A DNA stretch of 64,000 nucleotides from an uncultured Acidobacteriota bacterium. Lineage in GTDB: Bacteria > Acidobacteriota > Thermoanaerobaculia > Multivoradales > JBCCEF01. Numbering within the stretch: the stretch's first letter is position 1; each line of letters begins with the position of its first letter. Location: NCBI GenBank assembly GCA_963843275.1, contig CAWJJM010000012.1, forward strand, positions 221,756 to 285,755, written 5' to 3'. Of the stretch, positions 57,084 through 64,000 are shown piece after piece. The notes under the pieces were generated by a model, which saw nothing but the letters and a program-made list of their open reading frames with translations, ran no database searches and was not told the DNA's origin. Made by a program: the position numbers and the translations under genes.

Positions 57084-58996
57084 ATGGCCGTACCGCGCCC
57101 CCTCCGTCCGCTCCGCTCTGCCCTCCCCGCCCTCGCTCTCCTGGTCTCCGCCGCCGCTCCCGCCCTCGCCGAGGAGCCGGTGCCGGGGGCGTGGCGCACC
57201 GTGGCGGAGCGCAGCGACTTCCGGGCCACCGGCTCCTACGACGACACGATGGCGCTGCTGCGCCGGCTGGCGGAGCGCTCGTCGGCGATCGAGCTGACCC
57301 GCTTCGGCACCTCGGCCGAGGGCCGCGAGCTGCCGCTCGTCGTGGTCTCCACGGCGGGGGCGTTCACGCCCGCGGCGGCGGCCCGCCTGGCGGCGGAGCG
57401 CGGCACGCCGATCGTGCTGGTGCAGAACGGCATCCACGGCGGCGAGATCGACGGCAAGGACGCCTGCCTGATGCTGCTGCGCGACATCGCCCTGGGGCGC
57501 CGCGCGGAGCTCGCCGCGGCGGCGACGCTGCTGGTGGTGCCGATCTACAACGTGGACGGTGCCGAGAAGGTGTCGCGGTTCAACCGGCCCAACCAGAACG
57601 GGCCGGTCGAGGGGATGGGCTTCCGCACCAGCAGCGACGGCCTCGACCTCAACCGCGACCACCTCAAGGTGGTGAGCCCGGAGGCGCGGGCGATGGTGCG
57701 GCTGTTCGACCTCTGGCGGCCCCACCTGCACGTCGACGACCACGTCACCGACGGCTCGGACCACGGCTGGGTGCTCACCTGGTCGGTCGCCGAGGCGCCC
57801 CAGCTCGCGGCGCCGCTCGACGCCTGGATCGGCCGGCACCTGCCGGCGGCTCTCGCGGCCACCGCCGCCGCCGGGCATCCCAACGGGCCGTACGTCGACC
57901 TGCTCGACCGCGCCGACCCCACCGCGGGGTTCTCGTCGATGGTCGCCCAGCCGCGCTACGCCACCGGGTACTACCCGCTGCGCAACCGGCCGTCGGTGCT
58001 GGTGGAGATGCACGCCACCGCGCCGTACCGCGACCGGGTGCTGGCCAACCGCGACTTCCTCGCCGCGCTGCTCGCCGAGGTGGGCCGCGACGGGCGGGCC
58101 CTGGTCGCGGCGGTGGCCGCCGCCGAGGCGGAGACGGTCGCCCTCGGGCGGGCCGGCGCGCCGCCGTCGACGCTGGCGCTGGACTGGGAGGCGTCGCCGG
58201 CGGGGGACCGCCGGGTGGTCCCGTTCGACGACTGGTCCCTCGAGGACTCGGTGGCGATGGGAGTCCCGATCCTCACCTACCGGCGGGGAGTGCCCCACCC
58301 GGTGGAGGTGCCCTGGCTCCACGCGCCGGTGCCGACGGCTCGCGGTGGCGCGCCCGCGCGGCTACCTGGTGCTGCCGGGCTGGCCGGCGATCGAGCGGCG
58401 CCTGGCCGTCCACGGGTTGCGGGTCGAGCGGCTGACCGCCCCGGCCGAGGTGCGGGCCGAGCGCTTCGAGCTGGGGGAGGCGAGCCTTGGCGGACGGCGT
58501 CTACCAGGGGCTCACCCGGGTGACGGCGCCGGTCGACCGCGTCGCGGCGACCGTGCGGGTGCCCGCCGGGACGCTCTGGGTGCCGGCCGACCAACCGGAC
58601 TTCGCCGTCGCCGCCGCGCTGCTCGAGCCGGACGCCCCGGACTCGCTCTTCGCCTGGGGCCTGCTGTCGACCCTGCTGGAGACCCGCGAGTACATCGAGC
58701 CGCGGGTCCTCGAGCCGCTGGTGCGCGAGATGCTGGCCGCCGAGCCGGAAACCGCCGCGGCGTGGAAGGCGGCGCTCGAGGACCCCGACTTCGCCGCCGA
58801 CCCGCGGGCGCGCTGGGCCTGGTGGTACCGCAGGACCCCGTACTTCGCGGCCCAGGAGCCGGCCTACCCGGTGCTGCGCGCGGTGGTCCGCCCGGTGTTG
58901 GAGACCGTGCCCTGGCCCGCGTTGCCGCCGGGTGCCGGACCTCCGCCCGCGCCCGCGCCCGCGCCGCCGCCGGCCGCGGGAGGGCGCCGTGGCTAG
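57084..58996 (+). CDS. M14-family Zn carboxypeptidase with signal peptide; 2 frameshifts (~58330, ~58490) as assembled
   Basis: MAVPRPLRPLRSALPALALLVSAAAPALA signal; ...VQNGIHGGEIDG... ...PIYNVDGAEK...LNRDH... (M14 Zn-binding/catalytic motifs); C-terminal continuation in ORFs 58345-59121 and 58487-58996. Confidence 0.7.
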
Positions 58997-60734
58997 CACC
59001 CATCGGCCCCTGTTCCCGCCCACCTACCGGCTGGTGGGCTACTGCGTCGTCGTCGGCGCCTGCGGGGCGGCGGCGGCGCTGTCGTTCGACTTCCTGGTCG
59101 AGATCGCCCAGCGCTTCCTGATCCACGGCATCGGCGGCTTCAACCCGCCGCCGGCCGGCGTCCTCGACCCGCCGGTGGTGGTGCCGCCCTGGACCTCGCG
59201 CTGGTGGTTCCCGGTGTCGACCACCCTCGGCGGCCTCTTGTCGGGCTGGCTCGTCTTCCGCTTCGCACCCGAGGCCGAGGGCCACGGCACCGACGCCGCG
59301 ATCGCCGCCTACCACGAGGGCGGCAAGCCGATGCCGGCCCGCATCCCGGTGGTCAAGGCGATCGCCTCGGCGATCACCATCGGCTCGGGCGGGGTGGCCG
59401 GGCGCGAGGGGCCGACGGCGCAGATCTCGGTGGGGCTGGGCTCGCTGCTCGCCAAGGGCCTGGGACTGCGCGGCCAGGAGCGCCGCATCCTGCTGCTGGC
59501 GGCGATGTCGGCGGGCCTCGCCGCCGTCTTCCGGGCGCCGCTCGGGATGGCCATCTTCGGCGTCGAGATCCTCTACGGCGGCATGGTGTTCGAGGCCGAG
59601 GCGCTCATCTACACCATCATCGCCGCGGTCACCGCCTACGCCCTGCACGGCTTCTACGCCGGCTGGGAGCCGATCTTCGTCATCCCGCAGGGCCTGTCCT
59701 TCCACCGGCCGGCGGCACTGCTCGGCTACGCGCTGCTCGGCATCCTGGCCGGCCTGCTGGGGACCGTGCTGCCGCCGCTCTTCTACCGCACCCGCGAGCT
59801 CTTTCTGCGCATCCCGACCATCCCCCACATCAAGCCCGCGATCGGCGGCCTGGGGGTGGGCCTGATCGGCATGGTGGCGCCGAGCGTCCTCGGCGCCGGC
59901 TACGGCTGGGTGGAGAAGGCGCTCGCCGGCAGCCTGCCGCTGGCCACCATGCTGCTGATCCTGCTGCTCAAGGGGCCGGCGATGTCGTTGACCATCGGCT
60001 CCGGCGGCTCGGGCGGCGTCTTCGGCCCCACGGTGGTGGTGGGCGCCATGCTCGGGGGCGGCACAGGCCTCGCCCTCCAGCATTTCCTGCCCGGCCTCGA
60101 GGTCAACGTCGCCGCCTTCGTGCTGGTCGGGATGGCGGCGGTCTTCGCCGGCGCCGCGCGCACCCCGATCTCCACCCTGATCATGACCGCGGAGATGACC
60201 GGCGGCTACGGCCTCATCGTGCCGGCGATGCTCGCCAACGTGATCTCCTTCATGATCCAGCGCTCGCTGACCGCCGGCTTCACCTATCCGACCCTGTACC
60301 GCTCGCAGGTCGAGTCGCGCGAGGACTCGCCGGTGCACCGCGGGGTGTTCGTGCGCCGGGCGTTGGAGATGATCGAGGGGGGTGGCGTCGAGCGCGGCCA
60401 GCTCACCCTGCCGCGATTGGTGTCGCTGCTGCGCTACGGCGAGTCGATCCCGGTGGCCGAGGGCGGCGGCATGCTGGTCGCCTTCGAGATCGCCGCGGAC
60501 AGCCCCCTCGACGAGCACACCGTGGCGGAAGGGGTCGGGAGCATCCCCGAGGCCACCGCGGTGGCGGTGCTGCGCGAGGGCAAGATGGTGGTGCCGCGCG
60601 GCCCCACCCGCTTCCGCGCCGGCGACCAGCTCATCGCCGTGGCCACCGAGGAGGGCCGCCGGGCGCTGGCCGCCGCCGCCGGGGCCGACCGCGCTCCCGC
60701 CTCGCCGCCGGCGGGCGAGGGCGACAGCGACTAG
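58989..60734 (+). CDS. ClC-family voltage-gated chloride channel/antiporter with C-terminal TrkA-C (RCK_C) domain
   Basis: GTG start; ...GSGGVAGREGPTAQIS... (GSGIP-like), ...GVEILYGG..., ...GGVFGPTVVVGAMLG... (GxFxP), ...AARTPISTLIMTAEMTGGY...; C-terminal ...GKMVVPRGPTRFRAGDQLIAVATEEG. Confidence 0.85.
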   Translation: MASTHRPLFPPTYRLVGYCVVVGACGAAAALSFDFLVEIAQRFLIHGIGGFNPPPAGVLDPPVVVPPWTSRWWFPVSTTLGGLLSGWLVFRFAPEAEGHGTDAAIAAYHEGGKPMPARIPVVKAIASAITIGSGGVAGREGPTAQISVGLGSLLAKGLGLRGQERRILLLAAMSAGLAAVFRAPLGMAIFGVEILYGGMVFEAEALIYTIIAAVTAYALHGFYAGWEPIFVIPQGLSFHRPAALLGYALLGILAGLLGTVLPPLFYRTRELFLRIPTIPHIKPAIGGLGVGLIGMVAPSVLGAGYGWVEKALAGSLPLATMLLILLLKGPAMSLTIGSGGSGGVFGPTVVVGAMLGGGTGLALQHFLPGLEVNVAAFVLVGMAAVFAGAARTPISTLIMTAEMTGGYGLIVPAMLANVISFMIQRSLTAGFTYPTLYRSQVESREDSPVHRGVFVRRALEMIEGGGVERGQLTLPRLVSLLRYGESIPVAEGGGMLVAFEIAADSPLDEHTVAEGVGSIPEATAVAVLREGKMVVPRGPTRFRAGDQLIAVATEEGRRALAAAAGADRAPASPPAGEGDSD

Positions 60735-60757
60735 CGGTCACCGTCGGCGGCGGACGC

Positions 60758-61069
60758 TCAGGTCTTGCACTTGCAGCTCGCCCTGTCGATCCGCGGGCAC
60801 CTGCAGCAGGCAGTTCCCGCCGCGCACGTCAGCGAGCACGAGTCGAGGATGCTGCAGGTGATGCTGCAGGAGCTGGCGCCGGGGCCTCCGGCGGTGCAGC
60901 TCCCTCCGTCGTCTCTCGGATCTCCCCGGTCGCGGTCGAGATCTTGCGCGGCGATCGTGGCGAGGGTCGCCGCGGGGACCGTCCCGTCATCGAGCGGGAG
61001 CTCGCCGCGCTCCCAGGCCAGTCCGAAGCCCCGGACGACCTGCGAATCACCAAACCGAGGGTCCGTCAA
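60758..61069 (-). CDS. Hypothetical small protein (103 aa) with Cys-rich C-terminal tail (11 Cys in last 45 aa)
   Basis: ...DDGGSCTAGGPGASSCSITCSILDSCSLTCAAGTACCRCPRIDRASCKCKT*; same strand as kup, 53 nt downstream of it; GC3-rich codons; competing + strand ORF 60765-61106 is S/R/P-rich and less protein-like. Confidence 0.35.
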   Translation of the reverse strand: MTDPRFGDSQVVRGFGLAWERGELPLDDGTVPAATLATIAAQDLDRDRGDPRDDGGSCTAGGPGASSCSITCSILDSCSLTCAAGTACCRCPRIDRASCKCKT

Positions 61070-61121
61070 GGGTTGCGGCGTGGGTACGCCGCGGAGTCGA
61101 GGGTGACGGCGGAAGGAGCCG

Positions 61122-63013
61122 TCAGATCTCGACCTGCATCCCGAGCTCGACCACCTGCTGCGGCGGGATGCGGAAGAAGCCGGTCGCCGGGGTGGCGTTA
61201 CGCGACATCAGGGCGAAGAGGCGCTCGCGCCACAGCGCCATGCCGGGCACCCGCTTCGTCGGGAGCAGGGTGACACCCCCCAGGTAGTAGGTGATGTCGT
61301 CGGGATGGAGGTCGACGCCCGCGCCGTGGGCGGCGCGCAGGGCGCCGGGGATGTCGGGCGTCTGCTGGAAGCCGTAGTGGATGACGATCCGGACGAAGCC
61401 CTCGCGGTACTCCTTGATCTCCAGGCGGTCGCGCACCGGCACCCGCGGCACCTCCTCGGTGACCACGGAGACCAGCACCACGCGCTCGTGGAGCACCCGG
61501 TTGTGGCGCAGGTGGTGGATGAGGATCGGCGGCGTGCCGCGGCGGTGGCCGGTGAGGAAGGCGGCGGTGCCGGGCACGCGGACCGGCGGGTCCCGGGAGA
61601 TCCCCAGCAGCAGCTCGTCGAGCGGCTCCAGCCCCTCGTCGACGTGCAACGCGAGCAGCTCGCGGCCGCGGCGCCAGGTCGACATCAAGACGTAGACCCC
61701 GGCCGCGACGAGCAGCGGGAACCAGCCGCCGTCGGGGATCTTCAGCAGGTTGGCGCCGAAGAAGACGCCGTCGACGGCGAGCAGGAAGACGGTGAGCGGG
61801 ATCAGCCAGCGGCGCCGCCAGCCCCAGCGCTCGCGCGCCACCAGGTAGGCGAGCAGCGTGGTGATGACCATGGTGGTGGTGATGGCGACGCCGTAGGCGC
61901 CCGCCAGGTTCGACGACGACCCGAAGCCCAGCACCAGCAGGATCGTCGCCACCATCAGCGCCCAGTTGACGAGCGGGATGTAGATCTGCCCGATCGCCTC
62001 CGACGAGGTCTGGACGATCTTCAGCCGCGGGATCTGGCCGAGCTGGACCGCCTGGCGGGTGAGCGAGAAGGCGCCGGAGATCACCGCCTGCGAGGCGATC
62101 ACCGTGGCGACGGTGGCGAGGATCGAGCAGCGGCCAGCGCAGCGCGTCGGGCGCCAGGCGGTAGAAGGGCTGGCGGACCGCCGCCGGCTCGGCGAGGAGC
62201 AGCGCTCCCTGGCCGAAGTAGTTCAGCAGCAGGGCGGGCAGGACCAGCGAGAACCAGGCCAGGCGGATGGGCCGTTTGCCGAAGTGGCCCATGTCGGCGT
62301 AGAGGGCCTCGCCGCCCGTGACGACGAGGAAGACGCGCCCCCAGCGCCAGCATCCCGGCCCAACGGTGGACGAGGAAGAAGCGCAGCGCCCAGGTCGGGT
62401 CGACGGCCCGCACCACGTCGGGCTCGAGCAGGATGCCGCGCACGCCGAGCGCGGCGAGGGTGCCGAACCAGACCAGCATCACCGGCCCGAAGTAGCGCCC
62501 GATGCCGGCGGTGCCGTGGCGCTGGAAGAGGAACAGCCCGAGCAGGATGGCGACCGACAGGGCGATCACCCAGGGGCCCAGCGACGGCGCCGCCACCTCC
62601 AGACCCTCGACCGCCGACAGCACCGAGATGGCGGGGGTGATGGCGCCGTCGCCGTAGAGCAGGGCGGCGCCGAAGATGCCCATCACCGCGATCAGACGGC
62701 GGCGGCGGCGCATCCGCCCGCGCCACGGGCCGAGCAGGGCGAGCAGCGCCAGGATCCCCCCCTCGCCCTCGTTGTCGGCGCGCAGCACGTAGCCCAGGTA
62801 CTTGATCGAGATGACGATGACCAGCGACCACAGGATCAGCGACAGGATGCCGAGGATGTTGACCGGGTCGGCGGGGAGGAAGCGGCCCTCGCCGCGGAGC
62901 GACTCGCGGAAGGCGTACAGCGGGCTGGTGCCGATGTCGCCGTAGACGATGCCGAGGGCGGTGAGCGAGGAGAGGGCGAGGCGGCCGCCGTGCTCCGTGT
63001 CCGGAGAGCTCAT
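61122..63013 (-). CDS. kup: KUP/HAK/KT-family K+ uptake transporter; 2-3 frameshifts (62100-62340) as assembled
   Basis: N-terminus [38 protein letters not shown]...; middle ...[31 protein letters not shown]...; C-terminus ...[28 protein letters not shown]...[40 protein letters not shown]...; pieces in ORFs 62099-63013, 61198-62292 and 61122-62102. Confidence 0.85.
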
Positions 63014-63843
63014 CGGGGCGCGGTGCTTTCACGATCGACGCCAGCGGCCTCGTCGGAGGGCTCGTCGTGAGCTCCGGAGGGGGGCTCGTCGGCCCCGGCT
63101 TCCTCCCGCGCGGCGACGCTCCGCTGCCGGTCGACGGCCTGCCGGTGGGCCTCCTCTCCGCTGGGGCCCGCGCGGCGGCGGTCGAGCTCGGCCAGTCCGT
63201 CGCTGCTGCCGTAGAGCACCAGCCGGTCGCCGGCGAGGAGCCGGGTCCGCCCTCGGGGCGTCCCCAGGTAGCGCTGGTCGCGCTCGACGCCGAGAACCAG
63301 GATGCCCTCGCGGCTGAGCTCGAGCTCGTCCAGCTTCTGGCCGGCGAGCCAGTCCCCCTCCTCGATCGCCATCTCGACCACGCGGTAGCCGCGGGCCAGG
63401 TGGAGGAGCCCGGCGTAGTCGGCGACGTCGAGCTGCGTCCAGCGGCGCAGCGCCGCCTCGATCAGCCGCGACAGGTGGCGGTCGATCCACCGGCTGGTCG
63501 CCACTCCCCACAGCAGCACCAGCCCGAGCCCCAGCACCACCGCGCGCTCGACGGTCTGTCCGACGCCGGGGGAGCCGACGAACGAGAGGATCAGCGAGGA
63601 GATCACGGTCACGATCCCGGCGTTTCCGAGCAGCATCAGGAGCATGATGATGCGCCGCCGGACCGGATGGCGGACGACGTGCTCGGCCTCGGCGGTGGTG
63701 AAGCCGGAGCCGCTGAACGCCGAGCGCGCCTGGAACCTAGCCGACTCGCGCGACAGCCCTGTGTTGACCAGGGCCACGGTGGCGATGCGGGTGATCAGCA
63801 GAGACACCGCGAGGACGACGAGCAGCGCGAACAGGGCGGTCAT
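63010..63843 (-). CDS. Membrane protein with C-terminal TrkA-C (RCK_C) domain
   Basis: 3 predicted TM helices (MTALFALLVVLAVSLLITRIATVAL..., IIMLLMLLGNAGIVTVISSLILSF..., AVVLGLGLVLLWGVA) then ...RVVEMAIEEGDWLAGQKLDELELSREGILVLGVERDQRYLGTPRGRTRLLAGDRLVLYGSSDGLAEL; stop overlaps kup start. Confidence 0.6.
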   Translation of the reverse strand: MTALFALLVVLAVSLLITRIATVALVNTGLSRESARFQARSAFSGSGFTTAEAEHVVRHPVRRRIIMLLMLLGNAGIVTVISSLILSFVGSPGVGQTVERAVVLGLGLVLLWGVATSRWIDRHLSRLIEAALRRWTQLDVADYAGLLHLARGYRVVEMAIEEGDWLAGQKLDELELSREGILVLGVERDQRYLGTPRGRTRLLAGDRLVLYGSSDGLAELDRRRAGPSGEEAHRQAVDRQRSVAAREEAGADEPPSGAHDEPSDEAAGVDRESTAPR

Positions 63844-64000
63844 CGCGGCCGATCGTATGCGACGCCGCCCCCCGGCTCGGCCAGGGCGAGGTGATGGGAG
63901 GAGGCCGCGGCGGCCGCCCGTGTCTCGTACTCCTCGCCCTCGACCCGCTCGCGCAGCCGGTCGGTGACCGGCAGCACCATCGGCATCGCGGGCAGGGTGA
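63840..64000 (-). CDS. 3' end of an upstream gene of unknown function (partial; probable frameshift at C6 run 63866-63871)
   Basis: Stop TGA (rc 63840-63842) overlaps ATG of next gene (ATGA coupling); most protein-like frame reads ...MPMVLPVTDRLRERVEGEEYETRAAAAASSHHLALAEPGG then must shift to reach that stop. Confidence 0.3.
   Translation of the reverse strand, partial: TLPAMPMVLPVTDRLRERVEGEEYETRAAAAASSHHLALAEPGGGVAYDRPR

Noticed and set aside
60765-61106. 113-aa + strand ORF in the ClC-kup gap
   Set aside because: Ser/Arg/Pro-rich and less protein-like than the overlapping minus-strand Cys-rich ORF; kept only as the alternative hypothesis in the finding.
1-64000. Searched for CRISPR arrays, rRNA/tRNA genes, IS elements/integrases, prophage structural modules
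   Set aside because: No short direct repeats with unique spacers, no rRNA-like conserved stretches, no transposase/integrase/recombinase-like translations, and the three tail-collar genes are not accompanied by any other phage structural genes. tRNA genes cannot be fully excluded by eye, but intergenic space is very limited (largest gaps 387, 221, 165 bp, none with tRNA-like features).

Overview
High-GC (about 72-74% GC) bacterial chromosomal segment with roughly 50 protein-coding genes on both strands. I did not detect any rRNA/tRNA genes, CRISPR arrays, transposases or integrases. Housekeeping genes include a Ser/Thr kinase, a class-V aminotransferase, serA, pyrD, gltB, an ETF-ubiquinone oxidoreductase, a thiolase, pstC-pstA, kup and a ClC channel. 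The most distinctive content is a cell-surface cluster at 13.5-24.5 kb. It holds a ~2160-aa tandem-repeat adhesin-like protein, three tandem phage-tail-collar-domain paralogues, a Tat-signal protein and a DUF2207 protein. A second cluster (27-35 kb) encodes predicted secreted proteins: an amidohydrolase, two translationally coupled signal-peptide-bearing isoaspartyl methyltransferases, two convergent TIGR03436 VWA proteins and an M48 lipoprotein. A third cluster is an ECF sigma / anti-sigma / two small secreted paralogues / M14 carboxypeptidase operon. A previously unannotated Cys-rich small ORF lies downstream of kup. Caveat: many otherwise conserved genes are interrupted by single-base frameshifts, mostly at short homopolymers (serC-like, serA, gltB, GNAT, giant adhesin, hybrid histidine kinase, CoA-transferase, M14 peptidase, kup). 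Long neighbouring genes are intact, which suggests uncorrected consensus indels rather than true pseudogenes. Gene ends near such sites are approximate. The TIGR03436 VWA paralogues hint at an Acidobacteriota-like origin (low confidence).
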